Shown piece after piece: positions 48,123 through 57,596 of a DNA stretch of 64,000 nucleotides. Source of the stretch: Myxococcota bacterium. Its GTDB lineage: Bacteria; Myxococcota_A; Polyangia; Nannocystales; Nannocystaceae. The stretch spans positions 1 to 64,000 of the forward strand of contig JBCCHT010000047.1 of the NCBI GenBank assembly GCA_039028615.1. The letters run 5' to 3'. Within the stretch, counting starts at the first letter, position 1, and the number at the start of each line of letters is the position of its first letter. A program made the position numbers and the translations under genes. Below the pieces are notes generated by a model. That model made no database searches and was not told where the DNA came from. It saw only the letters and a list, made by a program, of their open reading frames with translations.

Positions 48123-48138
48123 AGCATGTGGCGTGCCA
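48123..48138 (-). promoter_or_regulatory. Sigma54 (-24/-12) promoter of the pilin genes
   Basis: Minus strand TGGCACG-CCAC-ATGCT with GG-N10-GC spacing, between pilR and the pilins. Confidence 0.8.
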
Positions 48139-48422
48139 TTTGGATCACGAGAAGTTTGATCGGTAGTTGGAGCGACTCGTCGGAAACGTGACGGCATGGG
48201 AGGCCGTAGATTGTCGGCCCAAGGGACAAAAATTGTCACCGCGTACCGAGCGCAAAATGCCCTGAAACGGTCGATAACGGGCGAAATAAGGGGTTCCTGC
48301 ACTCGAACACCTACCGTGACCCACGAGGTACGAGCGCCATCATGCGCCATGGATGCGCCCGCGTTTGTGTGCACTGTACGAGTGCGCCGCACTCCGTCGC
48401 GCATGGCGACGGACGTGGGTGT

Positions 48423-49835
48423 CTAGGCGTCTCGATCGCCGCCGCGAGCGACCTGGATCCCGAGCTTCTCCAGCCGGTAGCGCAGCGATCGAAAGCTGAT
48501 CCCGAGCAGCTTGGCCGCGTCCTTGCGGACGCCTTTGGAGCGCTGGAGCGCGGCGCCGATGAGGTGCCGCTCGAGATCGGCGACCGCCTGCTCGAGGTCG
48601 ATGCCGTCTTCGCCGAGCGTGGGCATGGTGGCCGAGCTTTGCTGCGCGGTGGCCTTGCGCGTGGGCAGGTTGGCGGCGCTCAAGCGGGGCCCGGCCTCCA
48701 GGGCCACGGCGCGCTCGACCAGGTTCTCGAGCTCGCGAATGTTGCCCGGGTAATCGTGCTGGAGGAACCAGTCCATGGCCTCGGGGGTGAGCCCATCGAG
48801 GTTGCGCCCGAGCTCGCGGTTGAGGCGTTCGAAGAAACGCTCGACCAGCGGGGCCACGTCTTCGGGGCGGTGTCGTAGCGGGGGCAGGACGACCTGCACG
48901 ACGTCGAGTCGGAAGTACAGGTCGCGGCGAAACTCGCCGGAGTCGATGGCCGCTTCGAGGTCGCGGTTGGTCGCCGCCACCACCCGGCAATCGACGTCGA
49001 GCTCGAGGTCGCCGCCCACCGGTCGGATCTTCCGCTCCTGGAGGGCGCGCAGCAGCTTGACCTGCATCGGCAGGCTGAGGTCGCCGATCTCGTCGAGGAA
49101 GAGCGTGCCCTCGCGGGCGGCTTCGAAGACGCCGTCCCGCTTGCTCGCAGCCCCCGTAAACGCCCCTTTGACGTGCCCGAACAGCTCGGACTCCATCAGG
49201 TTTTCGGGGATGGCCCCACAGTTGACGGCGACGAAGGGCCCCTGGGCGCGGTCGCTGAGGTTGTGCAGCGCCCGGGCCACGAGCTCCTTACCCGTGCCCG
49301 ACTCGCCACGAATGAGGACGTTGGTGCGCGTGGGCGCGACCCGACGCAGCAGCTCGAAGACCTTCTGCATGGACTCCGAGCGACCGATCATACCGTCGAG
49401 ACGCTGGACGCTGCGGAGCTCGTCGCGCAGCCGCTGGTTCTCCGAGCCGAGGTCGACGCGCTCGAGCGCCCGCTGGACCACGACCTGGATCTCGTCGACC
49501 TTGAAGGGCTTGGTCAGGTAGTCGTAGGCGCCGAGCTTCATCGCTTCGACCGCGGTATCGGTCGTGGCGAAGGCGGTGATCATGATGACCAGGGGAGGCT
49601 CGGGTCGCGTGCTCAGCTTGCGCAGCAGCTCCATGCCATCCATGCCCGGCATGGTCAGGTCGGTGATGACGAGATCGACCGGGTGCTGCTCGAGGTAGGC
49701 GAGGGCCTGCTCGCCGCCGGGTGCCGCGTCGACCGAGTGCCCCGCACGTCGCAGGCAGATCGCGAGAAACTCCCGCATGCTGGGCTCGTCGTCGACGACG
49801 AGGATCTTGGCGTTGCGACCGGCGGCTCCGTTCAT
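48423..49835 (-). CDS. pilR: Sigma54-dependent response regulator (REC-AAA+-HTH), PilR-like
   Basis: ILVVDDE, GESGTGKE, GAFTGA, FLDEIG, YPGNIREL, AAKLLGISFRSLRYRLEKLG; upstream of pilins. Confidence 0.88.
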   Translation of the reverse strand: MNGAAGRNAKILVVDDEPSMREFLAICLRRAGHSVDAAPGGEQALAYLEQHPVDLVITDLTMPGMDGMELLRKLSTRPEPPLVIMITAFATTDTAVEAMKLGAYDYLTKPFKVDEIQVVVQRALERVDLGSENQRLRDELRSVQRLDGMIGRSESMQKVFELLRRVAPTRTNVLIRGESGTGKELVARALHNLSDRAQGPFVAVNCGAIPENLMESELFGHVKGAFTGAASKRDGVFEAAREGTLFLDEIGDLSLPMQVKLLRALQERKIRPVGGDLELDVDCRVVAATNRDLEAAIDSGEFRRDLYFRLDVVQVVLPPLRHRPEDVAPLVERFFERLNRELGRNLDGLTPEAMDWFLQHDYPGNIRELENLVERAVALEAGPRLSAANLPTRKATAQQSSATMPTLGEDGIDLEQAVADLERHLIGAALQRSKGVRKDAAKLLGISFRSLRYRLEKLGIQVARGGDRDA

Positions 49836-49850
49836 GCGACCGCCTCAACC

Positions 49851-50648
49851 CTACACGCTCGGCGGACCGGGCAGCCGCGGCGGGGTCAGCCGCCGGAACA
49901 CGACGACCAGATGCGCCGCGAATCGCCGCAGCAGCGGCTGATCGCGCCCGTACCACTCCAAGCGGGTCAGCACGCGACCGAGGATGGGGAGTGCCAGCAG
50001 ATGGGAAGAGGGCACCACCAGGCCCACCCCGTGGAGATCGATGGGCGTCAGTGTGGGAGGTAGACGCTCGATTACGCGACCGAGAACGTCGAACCGCGTC
50101 AGTCCACGGGGTGAATCGATGACCAGTGGCCCGCGGCCGAGGCTACGACCGAGCCGCCGCAGACCATGATAGAGGCCGAAGGGGCTGCGAGCATTGTCGA
50201 GTTGGAGCACCGCGATGCCGCCGGGCGCCAACAGCCGAGAAAGCTCGATCAGGGCGGAGTCCAAGGCATCGACCGACGTTCGTGGATCTCGGCCCAGGTG
50301 GGGCAAGGTGCGCAGAGAGTAGACGCAGTCGTAGTTGGCGTCCGGGAGCGGAACTCGGATTTCACCTCCCCGGCCCAGGTCGACCGCATCGACGACATCG
50401 AGTCGTGCCGCCCGGTCGCCGACCCACTCGGTCACCGCTGGCGCGCCGCGGCCCAGGTCGAGCACTCGCCGTCCGGTCGCGTGCCGCAAGACGACCTCGC
50501 CCGCAAGTCGATCGACCAACCCGGTCAAACGGTCCGACTCGCGGGGGAGCAGGGCGGGTCGGTCCTCCAGCCCCACGGGCGCCAGGATCTGGGGCATTGC
50601 CCCCCGGGGCCGCGGAGGTCCATTCGTTGACCCGCTCACAGCGCCCAT
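49851..50648 (-). CDS. Class I SAM-dependent methyltransferase-like protein
   Basis: RVLDLGRG, VPLPDANYDCVYS, ELSRLLAPGG; start uncertain. Confidence 0.7.
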   Translation of the reverse strand: MGAVSGSTNGPPRPRGAMPQILAPVGLEDRPALLPRESDRLTGLVDRLAGEVVLRHATGRRVLDLGRGAPAVTEWVGDRAARLDVVDAVDLGRGGEIRVPLPDANYDCVYSLRTLPHLGRDPRTSVDALDSALIELSRLLAPGGIAVLQLDNARSPFGLYHGLRRLGRSLGRGPLVIDSPRGLTRFDVLGRVIERLPPTLTPIDLHGVGLVVPSSHLLALPILGRVLTRLEWYGRDQPLLRRFAAHLVVVFRRLTPPRLPGPPSV

Positions 50649-50686
50649 GGTACGCCTGCTTCAGCCTTTAGGAGCCCAAACAAACT

Positions 50687-51691
<1,005 letters not shown>

Positions 51692-51761
51692 CCCGCGCCG
51701 CACCTCGGCCGCACGCCGGCGCCGTCCCACCGACGGCGCCGTCGTCGTTTAATCCCTCAGC

Positions 51762-52415
51762 TCATCGAGTGATGGGGATCTCGGCGGGCGTGAACGCGGG
51801 GCTGCGGCCGTAGCAGTTGCCGTCGTGCGCCTCGGACAGCGGGGTCGAGTCATCGGGGAAGCCGGGCACCGGACCCTCGAGGACCAGCGTGCCCTGGCCC
51901 TTGGTCTTGCCCGGTCGGAAGCGAAGCTTGGTCTCGACGTCGACCGAGGTGGGGGTCAGCCACTCGCAGTCGCCCGGCTCCCGACATCCGCGGGTATCGC
52001 CTTCGGGGTAGGTGGCCACCTGGTAGAAGACGTCGACGATGGTGTCGCCGGTATCGGGGGCGGCCGGACACACCAGCAGGTCATTGATGGCGAGGCGGTG
52101 CCCGCGGCCATCGACACATGCCGCCGAGCGCGTGCCGTGGGCGGCGGCCGCGGTGAGCAGGCGCGACACTTCCTGGGTGATCGCCAACGGCGCTTCGCAG
52201 TTGCTCGGGATGGGGAAATCCTTGGCCGGTCGCACCGCGGTGGCGGTGCTGGTGGCGGGCTCGGCCGGTTCCGCGGTCGACGGTTCGGGCGTGGGGTCGA
52301 CGTCGGGCACGCGGGGCGTCACGCTCGGCTCGGGGCACTCAGGCTGGCTTTGGGGAGCGCACGCGAGGCCGAGGAGCGCGAGCGCCGGCAGCAGCAGTGA
52401 CCGTGGTGGTGTCAT
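51762..52415 (-). CDS. Hypothetical lipoprotein
   Basis: LLGLAC lipobox; Pro/Thr linker; Cys-containing domain. Confidence 0.7.
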   Translation of the reverse strand: MTPPRSLLLPALALLGLACAPQSQPECPEPSVTPRVPDVDPTPEPSTAEPAEPATSTATAVRPAKDFPIPSNCEAPLAITQEVSRLLTAAAAHGTRSAACVDGRGHRLAINDLLVCPAAPDTGDTIVDVFYQVATYPEGDTRGCREPGDCEWLTPTSVDVETKLRFRPGKTKGQGTLVLEGPVPGFPDDSTPLSEAHDGNCYGRSPAFTPAEIPITR

Positions 52416-52517
52416 GCGGCGAGCATAGACCGGCCAAGGTTTCGCGGACAGCGGCGTACGGGCGCGTGTGAGAGGTCATCGTCTCAAAACCATCGTTCGT
52501 GGCATGGTCCGCGCTCG

Positions 52518-54578
52518 ATGGCACTCGATTGGCGTCACGTAGGACTCGGGTTGGCAATGAGCATGGGAGGGGCGTGCAAGACCACGCCCGTGACCCCGCC
52601 TGCGGGGCCGACCACGAGTGAAGAGACCAAAGCCGTGGGCGAGGTCGTGCACGCGGTGATGGACGAGGACGCCGACCCCTGCACCGACTTTTACCGGTAC
52701 GCGTGCGGCCAGTGGCTCGACGAGACCACGATGCCAAGCGATCAGCCCCGCTACGGTCGCTTCAACGAGCTGCGCGAGCAGAACGAGGCCACCCTCCGCG
52801 GGATCCTCGACGAGGCGGTGGCGGCCACCGATCCCGAGCCTGCGCAGGCCCAGCTCGGTACCTTCTACGGCAGCTGCCTCGATGAGCAGGGCGCCGAGAC
52901 CAACGGCATCGCGGCCATCGAACCGCTGCTCGCTCGCATCGACGAGGCCAAGTCGCTCGACGACATGATGGTCGTCATCGCCGAGCTGCAGCAGTACGGC
53001 GCCCGGCCGCTGTTCAATCTCGACGTCGACGCGGACTACGACAATCCCGACATCAACGTCACCCACCTGGGCCAGTCCGGGCTCGGCATGCCCGACCGCA
53101 ACTACTACCTCGAGGAGGGGGAGGCCCCCGAGGCGCTGCGCAAGGCCTACGCCGAGCATGTGGCCACCGTGCTCGCGGGGCTGGGCGACGAAGATGCGGC
53201 CCGGCTGGCCGAGAGCATCGTGGCGCTGGAGACCGAGCTGGCCAAGGTCTCGATTCCTCGCGACCAGATTCGCGACCCCGACAAGCGCCGCAACAAGACC
53301 ACGCTGAAGGCCCTGAAGGCCATGACGCCCAAGCTGTCGTGGGATGGCTACCTGGCGGCAGTGGGCCGCCCGGACGTGAAGGACTTCAACGTCGTCGCGC
53401 CGAGCTACATGAAGGCGATGGCGGGCATCATCGCCGACGCCAAGCCTCCCGTGCGTCGGGCCTACCTGCGCTGGCACCTCGCCCACGGCCTCGCCGAGCA
53501 GATGCCGCCCGCGTTCTCCACTGCCCACTACGAGTTCTTCGACAAGCGCCTCCGCGGCCAGGCCGAGCCCGCGCCGCGCTGGCGCACCTGCATCAAGGCC
53601 ACCGACCGGGCGCTGGGCGAGAACCTGGGCCGCAAGTTCGTGGAGCAGCGCTTCGCCGGGCAAAACCGCCAGGTCGCCAACGACATGATCGCCCAGATCG
53701 AGGAGGCGTTCGCAGCCGGTCTGCCCGGTCTGGAGTGGATGGACGACCCGACCCGGCAGCGCGCGCTCGAGAAGATGCACGCGGTGGTCAACAAGATCGG
53801 TCACCCGGAACAATGGCGGGACTACTCCTCGATGGAGCTGGGCACCGACCACCTCGCCAACGTGATGGCGGGGCGGCGCTTCGAGTGGCAGCGCCAGGCC
53901 AAGGAGATCGGCGAGGCGGTGGACCAGCAGCAGTGGCACATGACGCCCTCGACGGTGAACGCCTACTACAACCCCTCGTCCAACGAGATGGTGTTCCCGG
54001 CCGGCATCCTCCAGCCTCCGTTCTTCTCCGCCGACTACCCCATGGCGATGAACTTCGGCGGCATCGGGATGGTCATGGGCCACGAGCTGACCCACGGCTT
54101 CGACGACAACGGCCGCAAGTTCGACGGCGACGGTCGCCTGACCGAGTGGTGGGGGGCCGACGCGGTCACCCGCTTCGAGGAGCGCGCCGCCTGTGTCGAA
54201 GAGCTCTATAGCGGCTACGAGGTCCAGCCCGGCGTGAACCTCAACGGCAAGCTGACCCTGGGCGAGAACATCGCCGACTTCGGCGGTATCCGTCAGGCCT
54301 TCGGGGCGTACCAGTCGTGGGCCGACAGCCAGGGGGGCAACGTCCCTCAGGTGGTCGAGGGGCTGACCAACGAGCAGCTGCTCTTCGTCTCGTTCGGCCA
54401 GATCTGGTGCTCGCACGCGACCCCCGAGGTCGAGCGCGTGCTGGCCACCACCGACAGCCACTCGCACCCCCGCTATCGGGTGAACGGACCGCTGTCCAAC
54501 TACCCCGAGTTCTGGGAGGCGTTCTCCTGCGAAGAGGGGACGCCGATGCACCCGGCTAACGTCTGCCAGGTCTGGTAG
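52518..54578 (+). CDS. M13 family (neprilysin/endothelin-converting enzyme-like) metallopeptidase, lipoprotein
   Basis: DPCTDFYRYACG, VNAYY, GHELTHGFDD, GENIADFGG. Confidence 0.96.
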   Translation: MALDWRHVGLGLAMSMGGACKTTPVTPPAGPTTSEETKAVGEVVHAVMDEDADPCTDFYRYACGQWLDETTMPSDQPRYGRFNELREQNEATLRGILDEAVAATDPEPAQAQLGTFYGSCLDEQGAETNGIAAIEPLLARIDEAKSLDDMMVVIAELQQYGARPLFNLDVDADYDNPDINVTHLGQSGLGMPDRNYYLEEGEAPEALRKAYAEHVATVLAGLGDEDAARLAESIVALETELAKVSIPRDQIRDPDKRRNKTTLKALKAMTPKLSWDGYLAAVGRPDVKDFNVVAPSYMKAMAGIIADAKPPVRRAYLRWHLAHGLAEQMPPAFSTAHYEFFDKRLRGQAEPAPRWRTCIKATDRALGENLGRKFVEQRFAGQNRQVANDMIAQIEEAFAAGLPGLEWMDDPTRQRALEKMHAVVNKIGHPEQWRDYSSMELGTDHLANVMAGRRFEWQRQAKEIGEAVDQQQWHMTPSTVNAYYNPSSNEMVFPAGILQPPFFSADYPMAMNFGGIGMVMGHELTHGFDDNGRKFDGDGRLTEWWGADAVTRFEERAACVEELYSGYEVQPGVNLNGKLTLGENIADFGGIRQAFGAYQSWADSQGGNVPQVVEGLTNEQLLFVSFGQIWCSHATPEVERVLATTDSHSHPRYRVNGPLSNYPEFWEAFSCEEGTPMHPANVCQVW

Positions 54579-54642
54579 CGGCGCCGCTGCGACGAATGGA
54601 GGGCCGAGTCGCCGTCGCCGAGACGACGACTCGGTCTTTTGT

Positions 54643-57108
54643 CTATTCGGTCTCTTCGGGGGCGGTGAAGCCGAAGATGACCTCGACGTCGAGGTCGGGG
54701 TCTTCCGCGATGTCCTGCTCGGTGAACAGCACCTTGCGCCAGTCCTTGTTGGAGAAGCGCTCCATCTGGTCGGTGTGGTACGGCGAGTCGGGATCGTCGG
54801 ACTGACCGTAGGTGACGAAGGCATAAGCCTCCGGCACGCTGTCGGTGAAGGTCATCGCCATGACGTAGCTGCTGCCGTAGTTGACGACGTAGCCCTCGTC
54901 GGTGAGCCCGGTGACGGCGTTGATGACCTCACCGCGGCCCAGGCCTTCGGCCACCGTGGTCCGCAGGTTGTTGTAGATGATGAGGTTGGTGACGCCCTCG
55001 TTGCGGCCACCGCCGTGCACGGGGATGCGCTGGCCCGCGCGGACCGTGTACTGCACGTCGCCCAGCGCGGCGTCGACGGGGATGCCGGCCTTCTCGAGGC
55101 GAGCGACGGCCCCCGCGAGGGCCTCGAGGACGCGGTCGTCGGCGAGGTCATCGGCGGCGGGGGCCAGGGTGTGCGGCGTATCGACGGCGCTGATGGCATC
55201 GCCCTCGGGCCCCGGATCGAAGGGCACGGCGTAGAGCGCGCCAGCGTCGAAGTGGGTCTCGTCGTCGAAGTCCCCGAGGAACTCGCGCCAGACCACCGCG
55301 CCGACGCTGTCGAGGTCGAGTCGCTTGTCCCAGGAGCCGAGCACGGAGCAGGCCTCGCTGATGTCGTAGGACTGGCCGTCGAAGTTGGCGGAGCTCACCC
55401 CGGTGCAGCGCTCCACGACCTGGTCGACGAGCAGCTCGGCCTGCATGCCGCGGTTGCTGAGCACGGCGTCGCGGAGCTCTTCGAGGTTGAACTTGCCGTC
55501 GGTGCCCGACATCGAGCCATCGCGGTCGAGCAGGGTGACCGCGTTCATGCGCGTGCGCGGGCTCCGGGGCGTGCGCTCGAAGCCGTGCAGCGGCGAGAAA
55601 CCGGTGAGGGGCTCGAAGGGCGTGCTCAGCCAGTGGCTGTCGTTGGCGTTGAAGACGAAGTCGTTGCGCTCGACCTGGGGCAGCCGGGCGGCGGGGATGA
55701 GCCCCGGATCGCGAGCGCCGTCTTCTACGACCCAGTCGAAGGTCGAGCTGTCCCCGGGCAGCAGCACCAGACCGAAGTCGTCGAGCTGGATGGTGAAGAA
55801 GTCCTCCTCACGCGCCTCGAGCCAGTGGTCGATGGCCTCCTGGGTGAGGTTGGGCGTGGGCGTGGCGTCGGTATAGAACGCGCGCCCGTCCCGGCTGGAG
55901 GCGATGGTGTTGACCCACGGGATGCCCTTGATGTCCTGGTGCACCTGCTTGAACTCGTCGAGGCTCGACGCCATGTTCATGCCGATGAACTGAGGGATCA
56001 TCGCCTGGTTGTTCTCGTTGGCGTCGCGAATGGCGAAGGCCAGGGTGGGCAGCTCGAGCCCCGGCAGCGCGGCGAGCGAGCCCTGGTGGGTGCGATAGAA
56101 GGTGTGGCTGGTGGTGGTGATCGAGCCGTCTTCTTCCAGGACCTGCACTTCCTGGACGTCGGGCTCCATGTCCCGGAACTCGCCATCGAACATGTAACGG
56201 GTGCGATCGTTGGGATCGACGGTGAGCTGGTAGACGGTCAGCCGCTGGCCGTCGGAGACGGTGTGGGTCCAGGCCACGTCGTTGTTGAAGCCGATGAGCG
56301 TGCCCACTACGCCCATGAGTCCCGCGCCGTAGACGTCGAGCTGGCCCGGGACCCGCAGGTGGCTCTCGTAGAGCTTCAGCTCGCCTTCCCAGGGAAAGTG
56401 CGGGTTGGCGACGAGCATGCCGTGGCCGTTCTCGGAGCGCTCGGCCCCGATGCCCCAGCCGTTGCTGCCCGGGCGCTCGCGCAGCCTGGCGATCGCGGCC
56501 ATGGGGTCGGCCTCGAGGTTGGCGGGCAGGTCGTCGGGCGGGAGGAGGAAGTCGTGCGCCTGGCGGTTGCTGGCCAGCGTGCCCAGCTCGATGTAGTGGG
56601 CGAACAGGTCGACGCTGTCGATGGGACGCAGCCACTCCTCTTCGCCGCAGGGCAGGGACTCGCCGTTGGTCGTGATGTAGTCGTTGTAGCCCGCGGCGTA
56701 GCCGTCGAGCATGGAGCGGACCTGCTCGTCGAGGTTGGGCAGGCCCTCTTCGGCCTTTTGGTAGACGCCCAGGTGCTTGTGCACGAGGTCGCTGCGCACG
56801 TGCTCGTTGTCTTCGCCGCGGCCGAGCATCAGCGCCCGCTCGGAGCGAACCTTGAGCACCTGGTCGGCAAGGATGCAGCCGTTGAGGCGGGCGAAGGCCC
56901 AGCCCTGGCCGTAGGCGGCGCTGGGCAGGTCGGCGGCGAGGATGTGCGGGATGCCGTTGCCCGTCCAGCGGACCACGGCGCGATAGGTGTAGCCCTCGGG
57001 CTCGAGCTCGATCGGGTTGAGGCAGCTGCCCATGCCCAAGCCCACGACGCCCAGCGCAAGCAGACGCAAACCACGAATCGAAGAGGAGGCACGAGCCGAA
57101 CGAGACAT
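54643..57108 (-). CDS. Penicillin acylase family Ntn-hydrolase (acyl-homoserine-lactone acylase-like), lipoprotein
   Basis: [14 protein letters not shown] catalytic Ser, [37 protein letters not shown]. Confidence 0.9.
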   Translation of the reverse strand: MSRSARASSSIRGLRLLALGVVGLGMGSCLNPIELEPEGYTYRAVVRWTGNGIPHILAADLPSAAYGQGWAFARLNGCILADQVLKVRSERALMLGRGEDNEHVRSDLVHKHLGVYQKAEEGLPNLDEQVRSMLDGYAAGYNDYITTNGESLPCGEEEWLRPIDSVDLFAHYIELGTLASNRQAHDFLLPPDDLPANLEADPMAAIARLRERPGSNGWGIGAERSENGHGMLVANPHFPWEGELKLYESHLRVPGQLDVYGAGLMGVVGTLIGFNNDVAWTHTVSDGQRLTVYQLTVDPNDRTRYMFDGEFRDMEPDVQEVQVLEEDGSITTTSHTFYRTHQGSLAALPGLELPTLAFAIRDANENNQAMIPQFIGMNMASSLDEFKQVHQDIKGIPWVNTIASSRDGRAFYTDATPTPNLTQEAIDHWLEAREEDFFTIQLDDFGLVLLPGDSSTFDWVVEDGARDPGLIPAARLPQVERNDFVFNANDSHWLSTPFEPLTGFSPLHGFERTPRSPRTRMNAVTLLDRDGSMSGTDGKFNLEELRDAVLSNRGMQAELLVDQVVERCTGVSSANFDGQSYDISEACSVLGSWDKRLDLDSVGAVVWREFLGDFDDETHFDAGALYAVPFDPGPEGDAISAVDTPHTLAPAADDLADDRVLEALAGAVARLEKAGIPVDAALGDVQYTVRAGQRIPVHGGGRNEGVTNLIIYNNLRTTVAEGLGRGEVINAVTGLTDEGYVVNYGSSYVMAMTFTDSVPEAYAFVTYGQSDDPDSPYHTDQMERFSNKDWRKVLFTEQDIAEDPDLDVEVIFGFTAPEETE

Positions 57109-57186
57109 CGCCGACCAGGCTATGCGCCGCAGGGCCGGCCGGTCAACGCATCCCGGGTTTTCGGGCGCGGCCGAGTGTGGGCTCGT

Positions 57187-57588
57187 TTAGCCTTTGGGGG
57201 TGAACGCGCTGGCGTCGAAGCCGTGGGGCAAAAGATCCCGCACGGCGACGCGGCGCTGGCTGTCCCGGTTGGCGAGGATGACCTCGGCGTCGCGAGCGAA
57301 TTCCCACAGGGTCTGGCGGCATGCTCCGCAGGGGTAGGTCAGGTCGGCGGCTTCGGTGACTATCGCGATGCGCTCGACCTTGCCCATGTGGTGCGTGAGC
57401 CCGTGATACAGGGCGACCCGCTCGGCACACAGCCCGAGGTTGTAGCTGGCGTTCTCGACGTTGGCCCCAGTGAAGGTCTGGCCGGCGTCGTCGAGCAGCG
57501 CCACCCCCACCGCAAAGCCGCTGAACGTGCATACGGCCCGTTCGCGGACATCCCAGGCGAGTGCGAGGAGCTCGTCGTCGGTCACCAT
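57187..57588 (-). CDS. cdd: Cytidine deaminase
   Basis: GANVENASY, CAERVA, PCGACRQ. Confidence 0.93.
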   Translation of the reverse strand: MVTDDELLALAWDVRERAVCTFSGFAVGVALLDDAGQTFTGANVENASYNLGLCAERVALYHGLTHHMGKVERIAIVTEAADLTYPCGACRQTLWEFARDAEVILANRDSQRRVAVRDLLPHGFDASAFTPKG

Positions 57589-57596
57589 GCCGCAGC

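Noticed and set aside
52500..52515. TGGCATG-GTCC-GCGCT sigma54-like box before the M13 peptidase
   Set aside because: The predicted transcription start would fall downstream of the ATG needed for the signal peptide.
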